A stretch of DNA of 64,000 nucleotides from Euglena gracilis (lineage: Eukaryota), in NCBI GenBank assembly GCA_039621445.1, contig CP154954.1, positions 3,539,715-3,603,714 on the forward strand, written 5' to 3'. This document shows positions 23,321 through 34,714 of the stretch, one piece after another. Position 1 is the first letter of the stretch, and each line of letters starts with the position of its first letter. Made by a program: the position numbers and the translations under genes. Under the pieces are notes generated by a model. That model had not been told where the DNA came from and did not search any database. It saw nothing but the letters and a program-made list of their open reading frames with translations.

Positions 23321-26300
23321 GCCGATCACAATCATCACCATTGGGGGGGGGGGGGTCCGTGCCGTGCCCAAAGGGAGAAAATTTGGGGCCTTGGCATTGT
23401 TGGGAAATAAACAGATCCCATGGAATTTTTCTGCTTCCCGCTTGTGCACGCCATGAATCGGTAAATTGATCGAGGAGCCCGGTTAACCACGGTTAATCGA
23501 CCAGTTTGCAAAATGTCCGGTTAACTCATCAACCCTGAAGGGGCAACATGGCAGGTGAACAGTGGATTTTGGAATTTGCGAAAAGGGTCGGAACATGCTC
23601 GGCGATTCTCAGGGCGCTGTACAATGTGGCTGGGTTCTGAGGGTACCAAGCGAAAGGTCTTGGGGGAGCTTTTGATTGATATGCTTGCATGGCACCTGAG
23701 GTGTGGGATTTCACAAATTAAGATGTCAAATTTTGGAATACACGATCGCTGAAAATAAGCGCTGTGTGCAGCATGGCTGAATCCTGTGGCCATCTGTCAA
23801 AATCCCTTGAGAAGAGCTTTCCATCGATGGGTAACAGGGCATCAGACATGCGACAACTTCAATCGGCCGATCGACATGGCCATGCGCAAAGGAGGTCACA
23901 AATGCCCCCAAAAAGTTCCAAAAATGGGTATTTGGGAGAAATTGGCTGTGGTTCCTTGAACGCTAGTTCGGGCGCGAAGCCAGAGCCCCTAATCCACAGT
24001 TTCAACAACTCAGAACGCCGGTTCGGGTGGCAGCCGAACCGGCGTTCTGAGCCACGGTTTCACGCCCGAACCGGTATTCTGGACACAATTTTTGTATCAG
24101 AAAATTGGCTGGATTGGCCCAAGCCAGAACCTGAAAACATCCCCAACCCCGGGTTGGATTCCGAAGGTTGGTTGGTCAGTTGTGGATTAAAGACAAAGAT
24201 AACCACCGACGTCTTCGCACCTCGGGCACCTTGGCCCAACCCTGGACGGGTGAAAGTGCCCCCCCCCCCCCCCGCCTGTCAATAGCACCGACCTCTTGGA
24301 GTGAGGTACAACCTTCCAGTGGGGTCTGTGGCTGGAAAAAAGCTGTTGGCTGGCCCCTACTGCCAACTTTGCGCTAAGCTGGGCATGGTTGCGGGGCGGG
24401 CTGAGTGAGTGTGGCTGGGAATGTGCGGCCAATGTTGCCGCACGCCTTCACCACTGCTGGTGCCTTAGCTGATGAAGGTACCACACAGCCCATCCCCCCC
24501 CACAACGCAAACATGCTGGTGAGCCAAGTTGTTGGGGGGTCCCAAACCTTCAGGTTGGAATGCTTATTGACTTTTTCTGAGAGCAAGGAATTTCTTAAGA
24601 ACCCTAGGGGACCATCCAGCCAGCTGGATAAGGGGTTGGCTGGAAAAAAAGGTGCTGGCGTTCCAGGGGAGTCCGGGAGAGGGTCTGTCTGGGGTCCTAA
24701 CGCCAGACAGGCAAAAAAAGCCTAAATCCAGCTGAAAACTCAAAAAAAAGTTTCAAGGGTGAACATTTGTTGGCATTTTTTTGTGATCTCTTTAAAAAAA
24801 AACTCGGCCGACTGGGAGCTGCTGGCTGGTGGAAAAAGAAAACACAATGGCTGTTGGATGCCTCTCCAGGCTGAAGAGAAATTCCTGACCAGCCAAATAA
24901 ATTTTGTTGACTATTTTTTTATTATTTTTTACTATATTTTTTTATTATTACTCCCAGAAAAATTCAAGCTTTGCCCACACCTTGCAACAAGGAGGTGGGG
25001 TGCGGGCGGAGGGCAGCAGCCGGGGAGAGTCTCCCGCGTCGGCAGGGAGGCGCGGAGAGCGGCTGAGGGGCAGGGTCACAATTTGGTCGGCGGGGGGCAG
25101 GGAGCTGCTGTCAACGGACAACGTCGGGCATCCGGTCAAGGTAATGCAGTGTCTAAGGTCCAACAGGAGACACGACACGAAAGCATATCACATACCGTTT
25201 CGTGAAACCGATAAACAACATGCTCTTGCCCCCCATATGACCAAGTTTTGAAATGGTTCCGAGCAAAATGACATACGGTTCTGCGGAGCAATAAAACGTT
25301 GGGGAAAAAGGCAAAAAAGACAAGGGAACAAAAAATAAGAGCATTAAAAAAAAGGCAGTCAACAACCCAATCCAGTGGCCCTCCGGTGGGCTGCGTTAAA
25401 CTGTCTCCTGCTCCATATCAGTACCGACTGGAGACAGACCCCCTGGGGGAAAGATTCATCGTATCACATCCTTATTCATTGCCAAATATGATCAATTCCA
25501 CCCATTCCTATTACGTTGGCCGGCATCCAACGGGGTCTTCAGCCAACCAAATTTCAACCCCCCCCCCTTGCCCACGGGTTCCTGTAACCCCCAACCAGGG
25601 GGTGGTCATACGCACCCCCTGCCCTGCAACCTCCGAAGGGAAAGTGGTCGTACGACCAGTTGCCAAAAAAAACCAGGTCTCCAACAACCCCCCCCCCCCC
25701 CGAGGGGGACGCACCCACTACGCACCCCCTTAGCTGCAACCCCCCCCCAACTTGCGACCCCCAACTGGGGGGTCAGTATTTTGGGCATCAGTGGGCAAGG
25801 GGGGGGACTTCAGGGTCTGGACTGGAAATTTCCTTGGACCGACCGAGGCTTTGGAAATCATTTCAGAAGGAGGGGAAAGAAGAATTTCAGAACTTTGGAA
25901 ATGGACTGATTTTTTTAAGTGGACATTGGACTGTGTGCAGTTTAAGCAAAAACATATCAGCGGTCCAGACCCCCTTGGGGGGAGGACAAAAGGAAAGGAT
26001 CAACAAAGAAACCCCAAAAATGATTTGGCATTTTGGTCGATTTGGGCTGGACAATTATTGGCGGTCCAAACCCGCTCTTTTCCAGGACTGATTTTAGGGC
26101 TGAAACCAAGCGTACACCCCAAACCTCACCTTAACGTTGACGATACCCAAACCCCATCCTTGATCCAAACCAAGCCAGGAGAAACACATGCAACACACAC
26201 CCTTGAAAATGGGGCGATAGAATCCCTACCAGAACCCCTGTGACACAAAAAAATACACATGTCTGTCAAAAAAGTGAGAATGGATGGTTCTCGTAGTTGT

Positions 26301-26560
26301 GTCACGTCCCCCACTTGTTTTGGCAATATTTTTATTTTGGTTTCATTTGTGTTTTTTTCCCTTGGAGATTTTCCGATTTTTTTGCAGGATTTTCCCCCCA
26401 CATTTTGGTATCTAATACATATACATAATAATGTACATATAATACACATAATATACATATACATAATAATAATATATTTATGTATTTTACATATACACAC
26501 ACATACATAACATGCTATATATACATATGTATGTATGTATACACACACACACACACATGT

Positions 26561-26663
26561 GGGTTAGGGTTAGGGTTAGGGTTAACCCTAACCCTAACCC
26601 TAACCCTAACCCTAACCCTAACCCTAACCCTAACCCTAACCCTAGCCCTAACCCTAACCCTAA
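26561..26663. repeat. Interstitial telomeric repeats in inverted (head-to-head) arrangement
   Basis: (GGGTTA)4, then A, then (CCCTAA)13 with one CCCTAG variant. Confidence 0.95.
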
Positions 26664-27800
26664 TTTACACATACCTTCATTCCTGTTTTCTGGTGGAAAA
26701 TGCCCAATTTTGGGTGGCATGAGTGGCAAATGCATATTTCAGCTAAATTTCAGCGGCTAATGCCTAATTTGGTGTGCAAATGCTTTTGGGGGGGGGTACC
26801 ATACCACCCCCCCCCCCCCTTTATTGTCCCCCCCCCTTTATTGTCCCTGGGCCCCGGCCGACGGGGGGTTTTTTTGGCCCGGCCAATGAAATTCCTTTGG
26901 TACCCCTTTATTGTCCCCCCCCCTTTATTGTCCGGTCGGGCCTCCCGGGGGCAGGTCGGTGGGACAATAAAGGGGGGGGGGGTGGTATCTTAGTTTCGGG
27001 CGTTCATTTTGCCCTCAATCCCCCCCTATTTGGAATGCCCGGGCTCCTGCAGACCCCCAATTGGCCAATTATGGGGGGGACAGTTAGTGGGGGCTCGAGG
27101 ATCCCTGCCCCCAAATTTTTTATCTATGCAAAATTGGTTGATTTTTTGTGCATAGTTGGGTTGGCTTTCCCACCGAAATTTAAAATTTTTGAAACGGACG
27201 TTTTTGGAGGTTTTCTGAGCCCATTTCGCAGCCTTGCCAAAATTGGCTGGTCTTGTCCCGGAGGCCAATTGGCCAATTGCGGGGGGGGGGGGTTCAAATA
27301 GGGGGGGGGGGCGTGAGGGTAAATTATCTTTTGAATTCAACAATTGGGGCTGCTTTGGGCATTTTTTGTTCACTTGAAACCATTTCACACAAAATTTGAG
27401 CCTTTTTCCGTCCATTATTGTCCATTATTTCTAAGGTAAATTTTGCCAATTCGTTGAAATGGGTGACCAGTTGTGGAAGTTTTTGGTCATTTGAATACTT
27501 TTTGAGATGGAAAACAATGACCATAGAATGACCCCCCAAAAAATAGGCCGGCCGAAATGGTCAGAATTTGGTCAAAAAGTCCAAAATTGGCAAAATTGAC
27601 AAAAGTTGGCAAAAATGACTTCAAATGGGCAAAAATGCAGCCTCGAACAACGATGAACATGGCCTTGAAGGGAGATTGACGGAAAAAAATTTCTGCATTG
27701 CAAGGATGTGGCTCGGGTCATTTTCCACTGAGTTGCACGGCTGGCCGACGGCTGGCTGATGGCTGGCTGCCGGCTGGCTGGCCATGCTCCCCCATATATA

Positions 27801-28067
27801 ACGTGACCCCCCCCTATTTAACCACCCTCCAAACGGCCCGGACCCCTTCTAGCCAATTAGGGGGGGGACAATTAGGGGGGGGGGGGTTGCCCCTAACCCC
27901 CCCCTCCCTAATTGGCCACTTAGACCCCATCCTTCATAGTCGCGAACCCTCGTAAAACACCCGAATGAAGGCATTTTCGCTTGAAATGAGTAACCCCCCC
28001 CCCCCCCAATTGGCCACCCGGGCTCTGGCCAATGGGGGGGGGGGGACAAATAGGGGGGGGGTCACGT
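27801..28067. mobile_element. TA-targeting MITE (Tc1/mariner-like), family C
   Basis: TIR ACGTGACCCCCCCCTATTT with TA on both sides. A second copy lies at 33193-33459. Confidence 0.88.
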
Positions 28068-28110
28068 TAATTATATTAATATTATAATTATATAATATAT
28101 ATAATAATTA

Positions 28111-28501
28111 CCATGCCCCCCCTTTACTGTTCCCCCCCTTACTGTTCCCATTGGGGGGACGGGAACAGTACAGTGTCATAGCACTTTTTGTAAAAGATTC
28201 TTGGAACACAAGGTAAAAAGGGGAATTTTTTGGTTGGTTTTAGGTGCTTTCCATCCCACCAAAATCCAACCTAATGCCAAAATGGATGTTGTGGAGGTGC
28301 AATTTTCAAGCATGTAAACCAAAAAAGCTTCATTTTGGTATTTTAGGTCGCCTTTGGGTCTAATTTGGTTGGTTGGTTCATGGCCCATGGGAACAGTAAG
28401 GGGGGGGGGCTTGTCCCCCCCCCCTTACTGTTCCCCCCCCTTACTGTTCCCATGGACCCAAAAGGGGGCCACGGGACGGGAACAGTAAGGGGGGGGCATG
28501 G
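28111..28501. mobile_element. TA-targeting MITE, family D
   Basis: TIR CCATGCCCCCCC..TTACTGTTCCC with TA on both sides. Confidence 0.85.
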
Positions 28502-28764
28502 TATATTAATATATATAATAATTATATTAATATATAATTATATTGATAAATTAGCAAAACATATTAATATTCTTACAATGTTGTTTTCTTACAGTTTTTG
28601 GATTTCTTTGGTTGTTTGGTTATGTGACAACAAACAACAAACATTGACAAACAACAAATGGAAACTTAGCATGCAATTTTCGGCTGATGATAGTTTGGGG
28701 CCAAAATGGCAATTAATTATTTTGGCACATTCATTTGGAGACTGTTGATGTAATTTGGGCCGGA

Positions 28765-28940
28765 TGTTCGGTTGGAAGTCTCACGGGGCGCATCCCATTG
28801 CTCAGGAACTGCTTCCGCCCGAGGATCCGAAGGTGATGGCGACCAAGGTCCTCTGCCTGTTCCCTCAGCAGCGTCGCAATGGAGCGCCCATGCACGCTAG
28901 GACGCTGTTGAGAAGCCATGCTGCTGAGAATCCGAAGGGA
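28765..28940 (+). pseudogene. Probable second hAT transposase C-terminal remnant (frameshifted)
   Basis: WKSHG..P..MATKVLCL in one frame and SSVAMER in the adjacent frame, matching hATC W..A.K+L..SS..ER. Confidence 0.5.
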
Positions 28941-29636
28941 TGAACTAGGGCTGATTTTTTTTAAAAAAAAAGTGTTTTTCTGTGAGAATAATCCTTTACT
29001 GGGCAGAACGGTCTCTTCACATCGCAGCTAAAGCACCTGCAAACCCAAAAATGCCCCCCCCCCAAAAACATTTCCAACAAAAAGAGTGCCAAAAGATGGG
29101 TGCAGTTTGTCACCAAAAATGGAAATTTTTCAGTAAGTGTGATTGTCAACGAGAAAAAATTTTACAACCCAAAAAAAAGCTGTCTTTTTGTTTTGGAAAG
29201 CTTTTTGTTTTTTTCTAACTTTGGAAAGCTGTGTCACCTCAATGTCCATAAAATGTCATAAAATGGCACCCAAAAAGGGTTTAAAAAAGCTCTAATTTTC
29301 TAAATCTCGCTCTAAATCTCTCAAATTCGGCAAGCTCAGTAGGTGCCGATAAGAGAAATTATCAAAACAGGATGCTTCAAAACCTTTAACCATTCACAGG
29401 CTTCCCACATGAGGAATTGGGTGCATTCATGGGTGCTGTATATTGCAGGGGTGAATGGTCACAATTGCCATACCCGTGAGCACCCGTGAGCCATTCATAG
29501 GTGCACTATGGCAACTGTTTTATGGAATGAAATGGAAAAAAGGCCAACTATTTGCCCACCCCGGCGGGGGGGGGGGTTAGGAGGGAGGGACGCATAGGAA
29601 GACCCAGTGCTTTCCGATTTTTTTGGTCTCCAGGGC

Positions 29637-29998
29637 CATACAATTGCTTACCGACCCCCGGGGGGGGGGAGGGGGGGTCACTCCACTTTTTTAAAAACCA
29701 GTCAGTCACTCATTTTCAAAAAACCAGCCAGTCACTACCCCCCCCGGGGGGGGGGGGGGGTCGGCCACTCAGAAAAATGGCCACTTTCCAGTCACTTTAG
29801 GCCATTTTAGGCCAAAAAAAAAATTCCGGCGCCTTTGGCGCCGGGGTCACTCAAGCCACTTTTGCCCACTCCTGGCCGACCCCCTGGGGGGGGGGGAGGG
29901 GTCCGGGCCAAAAACCAGTCAGTCACTTTGAAAAAACCAGTCACGCAACCCCCCCCCGGGGGGGGGGAGGGGTTGGTCAGTGCTTAAGCAATTGCCTG
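29637..29998. mobile_element. hAT-type MITE, family B copy
   Basis: Ends CATACAATTGCTTA / TAAGCAATTGCCTG. Flanks CTCCAGG(G)C / CTCCAGGC. Shares ACCAGTCAGTCAC motifs with 11022-11344. Confidence 0.8.
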
Positions 29999-32594
29999 CT
30001 CCAGGCGCCCCCGAACCGCGTCAAATCCGGCAACTGTCTAAAAAGTGCGCACCCCCCCCCTGAGAAGTCACTATCACATCCCACTATCACATCAGAAGTC
30101 ACTGTCACATCAGAAAGTACACACAATTCTCAGAACTGCCCTTCCCAGACCAAATACTTATATCCTCCTAGCCCAGATTTGACACATAAACGCTTGACTC
30201 GTTGCTTGACAGCACAAGAAAGGGAAAAACTGGAAAAGAGTGGTAGAAAATTACAGCGTTTACAATCAGGAGCGGCCATTGGTTTTCAAGTTTGGTCGCC
30301 AGGTCGCTGAGGTTTGGCCAATCTCAAATGGATCCTGTTTTTAATGGGAATCACAATTTCCTTTTTCAATTTAATCCTTTCAGGTGAACTCATTGAACAC
30401 GGCGAACTATTTTCAAGCTGTCAACGAACTTTGCAGGTCTGAGCAATTTTTATTTTCCTCTTTTGCCGTCGTCTGCAGCATTCTCACACACTGCAGCGTG
30501 TGGCCTATCTAACTCCCGATCTGATCTCTGGGAGAAGCATAAAAAATTTATATGGCAATGCTCATGATCATCTTGTCGTTTCAAAGGGCGTTCCAAATAA
30601 ATCTTTTACCTGTGTGTGGTCTCTTTCTGCCTTGTGTTGTTCATGCAGATTTTTCAAAACATCGACTGCAAATGTCACGTCAAAATGCTTCATGCAACCT
30701 GAAGTGAATAGAAAGAACATTCCTCCACCCAAATGAGCGTTATTTTTGTTCACATGCAGTTGGGGGCAATGTAACCCTCACTTGCAATAGGGGGGCCTTC
30801 AAAATTTTTTTGATTCAAATGCTATTTTTTTTTCCGGAAAGCTTTTTTTTTGGGCCACGGGAAAAAGTCCCCTAAATACCACCTCCCCCCCCCTAATTGA
30901 ACCCCCCCCAAATTGACCAAACGCCTCGGGCAATTTTTTTTCAACCCCAAACCGATGTCATTTTGTTGCACCCCAAACTGATGTCATTGAGAACCCAACT
31001 CAACCTGATCCGAAACAATCCGAGGATCCTTCTTTCCCTCGGGACTGCCAAGTTTGTGAGTGTCCTTTGCGTCGATGTGCCGCCGTCCAATGTCCCATTT
31101 GTCATATGTGTGGCTGCATGCTTTCTGTTCGAAAATGTGTAAAATCCCAGAGCTCGAAGGGCGTTGCTTGTTCTGCCTGCAGTGAGTTCTTCCAGATAAC
31201 GTGACCCCCCCCCCCTATTTGTGGCTCCCGGATCTGGCCTGGGGGGGGGGGTTGTGGGCAGACCCTAGGGTCTGCCCACGGTCGCCAAAGGTCGCCAAAG
31301 GTCGCTATGGGTATTTCCTACTCAGTCTTTTTTGCATTGTAGCGGCGTAGGCAACTGTTCCAGGGCCCTAAAAAAAAAATCCCTTGTGTGTGCAACACCT
31401 TTTGTGTGTATGTTGCGCTAATTTGCCGTGGAGCGCATTTTTTGACATCGACCCACCCACGACCTTTGGCGACCATGGCGACCTTTGCAAAAATTACCCA
31501 AAAACATGCAAAAATGGCACCAAATTTGAAGAAATTATGTAGAATAATGAGGAAAATGTACGTTTCAAAAAAAGTAAAAAATTTCAAATTTTTGCAAAAA
31601 ATTGCAAAAATGGTCAAAAAATGCGAAAATTTTAGAAAATCACAAAAAAAATGTGCCAAAAAGCAAAAAAATGTGCTGAAAAAAACGAAAAAATGCGCAA
31701 AAAATGCGAAAAAATGCGCAAAAAATGCGCATTTTTGGAAAATTTGAAAAAATGCGCAAAAATGCGCAAAAATGTGAAAAAATGCGAAACGCATCCCCCC
31801 CCCCCTGGTTATGTCACCGTTGCTTCACGCTACACCCGCCAATTACTACCTCACGCTACTACCCCCCCCCCCCCAATTGACAATGCCCCCCCCAATTGAA
31901 GGTCCCCCCCCCCCTAATTGACTGTACCCCCCCCTAATTGACGGCACCCCCCCCCCTAATTGAACCCCCCCAAATTGACCAAAAGGGGGGTCCCGTGGAG
32001 AGGTCCCACTGTCAATTGGGGGGGGGGTAATTTTTGCGGAAGAACACCAAAATCTCACCTTCGTTCCTCAGGGAGGATAGGAAGTCGACCCTGTGGTCCC
32101 CGACCCCCCCCCCCCCCCCCGTGACAAGGGTTGGGTGAGAATTCTCCGAGCGGCAATTTGACCCCCCCCCGTGACCCCCCCCCCCCCCGTGACTCGCACC
32201 ACCCCCGTGCATTTTTTTCAATTTTTTTCGACTTTTTTTTGACTGACTCAAAATGGGCCAAAACGAGCCCAAAACAAGGGGCATAGAAGCATGGGGGTGT
32301 CTGCGTTGGAATTTTTTTTTGCGCTCAAAAACACTTTTTTTGATGTTCTAAAGTGAAAAAAAAAAGTGTTTTTGAGCAAAAATATTCCCGAGGGGGGTCC
32401 CGACCCCCCTCGCCCAACCACCCTCGGACCAATGCAGGGGTCCCCGACCCAAAACAGGCCCAAAATTGCACAACCCGGCCTCGGGACCATCATAACTCAA
32501 TCAAACCCCCAGTCCGGCCTGGCCCGGCCCGGCGGCCTGTGTTCATTCTTAATTGATCAACCGTTTTTATTTTCTCTGTTCCAATGTCACACTG

Positions 32595-32840
32595 CTGGGC
32601 CACACGTGGTGGCCAGATTTGAACCAAATGTGGTGGCCAGCTTCGGCCACCACACAGGTTTTGGCCAGTTTTGGGCCAGATGTGATGGCCTGTTTTCGGC
32701 CATAGGTTTTGGCTAGTTTTGTGCCAGATGCGGTGGCCAGTTTTGGGCCAGATGTGGCGGCCAGTTTTGGGCATGATGTGGTGGCCAGTTTTGGGCCAGA
32801 TGTGATGGCCAGTTTTCGGCCATAGGTTTTGGCCAGTTCA
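32595..32840. repeat. Minisatellite of ~20-27-bp units (GTGGCCAGTTTTGGGCCAGAT); diverged relatives near 37280-37400 and 40830-40950
   Basis: Directly visible tandem units. Confidence 0.8.
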
Positions 32841-33192
32841 GGGTGACTATTTCTCGAACTTTTTTTTCTGCATCTCCGGAAAAAGTAGGAAATAATTTTC
32901 CCGATGACCAAGGAAATTTTCCTGAAAGTTCTCTGAGAAGTATGCCACTTTGGAGGTGGTCGGGAGGCAGCATCCATGTTGTTACATCCCATCACGAGAA
33001 GGCGGCACGCATCCTAAAATCGGTGATTTTTGGGTCCAAAAACATAATCATTTTTGGCCATTTTTGGGCCATTTTTGAACAAAAAAATGCCTTTTGGTTT
33101 GAAAGTGGTCATTTTGGGTGATTTTTATGTCCAAAATTGGTCATTTTTCATTTTTTTGAAAAGGAATTTTGTTAGGATTTTCTTGACCGTTA

Positions 33193-33459
33193 ACGTGACC
33201 CCCCCCCCCTATTTGGCCGCCCTCTGGGCGGCCCGGACCCCCCTTCTGGCGAATTAGGGGGGGGACAATTAGGGGGGGGGGTTACCCCTAACCCCCCCCC
33301 CCCTAATTCGCCACCTGAACCCCGTCCTCATAGTCGTGAACCCTCGTAAAACACACGAATAAAGGCATTTTCCCTGAAATGAGTGACCCCCCCCCCCTAA
33401 TTGGCCACCAGGCTCTGGCCAATTAGGGGGGGGGGCAAATAGGGGGGGGGGGGGCGCGT
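33193..33459. mobile_element. TA-targeting MITE, family C, inserted in another repeat
   Basis: The empty site TTGACCGTTACATTTTTTGG is present in the paralogous repeat at ~44270-44290, so the filled site duplicates TA. Confidence 0.9.
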
Positions 33460-33893
33460 TACATTTTTTGGGATGCATTTTGGGCCATTTTTGAAAAAAT
33501 GGCCCAAATGGCTATTTTTGAAGGGGGAAAAAATTGCAAAAAAATTCTGCTTTGGTTGCAGAAATGCACCAATTTTTGGCACTCTTTTTTAGGGGACAAA
33601 ATTTTTGGCTCGCCAGTGTGGGCCTCGTCTTTTATCAGTCGTTCAAAACATCGTTTTAAATCAGTTTAAAACCGTCATCGAAAATCAAAAAGACGGGTTT
33701 TCGAAAGTATGGAAAAAGACATAGGGGGCTGGACGTCTTGCTGGCTAAGGGAGGCCATGCCAGCGGTCGCCCTGGGGAGCTTGCTTTACAAAAATTCCAG
33801 TGTTGAAACGGAATGGTCTTTTATTCGTAAAAATGACTTTGCATCGTGCCAGAGGATGAACCTCTGGGGCGGAGGAGACGTGAAGCGTCTGTC

Positions 33894-34352
33894 GGAGGCT
33901 AGGCGCGCCGCTCGGGGGGGTCCGGGACCCCCCCCCTCCCCCCCCCTGCGCGGCCCCTGTGCGAGGCCGCACCGGCGGCGCATCGCCCCCCCCCTGGACC
34001 CCCCCCCTCCCCCCACTGTGCCTAGCATAGCCAAGAAAAAAAAATTTGGTGAAAAAATCGCGATTTTTTGAGGCCCAAAAATGACCAAAAATGACCATTT
34101 TCGGACACAAAACGGCAAATTTGGGGGCCGCGCGCTCTGCGCGCGGCCAAAAAAGCATTTTTTTGGTCAAAAATGGCCCAAAAATGGCAAAAAATGACCA
34201 CTTTTTTGGAGCCAAAAATCACCGATTTTAGGATGCGTTCCGCCCGCGCCGCCGCCCTCGGACCCCCCTCCCCCCCCCCCCCCCCGAGCGGCCGCCCGCG
34301 CGGCCGCTCGCCCCCCCCCTGGCCCCCCCCTCCCCCACTGTGCCTAGCCTCC
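33894..34352. mobile_element. MITE with GG..CC ends and 3-bp TSD (PIF/Harbinger- or Zator-like); partial inverted copy at ~41521-41725
   Basis: TIR GGAGGCTAGGC[G/A]C with GTC on both flanks. Confidence 0.8.
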
Positions 34353-34714
34353 GTCGCTTCAACCACCGCGATTCCGCGGCGTAAGGAACGCGAGCAGAGG
34401 CATTTTCTGTCACCATTCTGGAGGCAGCGCTGCTGCTTCTGACAGGAACAGCAGTGTCCTTCGTCTCTGCCACGCGAGCGGCAGGGGGACGATCGGTCCC
34501 CCCTGCACCTTCGGCGGCCACTTCGGTGTGCCCACCGGTAGGTGGACATGAAGAACACCTGCAGAGTGAAGGCGAGGGTGAAGGAAGCTCCAGCTACGTC
34601 GGCTTGTGGTTCAGCCTCCGGCACAAGCGGTGCAACCATATGTGGAACCCCTGCGGATGCGTCGTCTGGTTGGGGCTGAGAAGGAGTGGGAAGAGCAGCG
34701 CAGAGGACATATAT

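Noticed and set aside
20505-25080. Further upstream exons (~20505-20557, ~24385-24470, ~24990-25070)
   Set aside because: They are GC-rich with some plausible splice sites, but I could not reconcile the phases and they carry no domain motif.
34509-34558. Possible 50-nt AG..GT exon on the - strand
   Set aside because: Frame and gene membership cannot be determined from the sequence alone.
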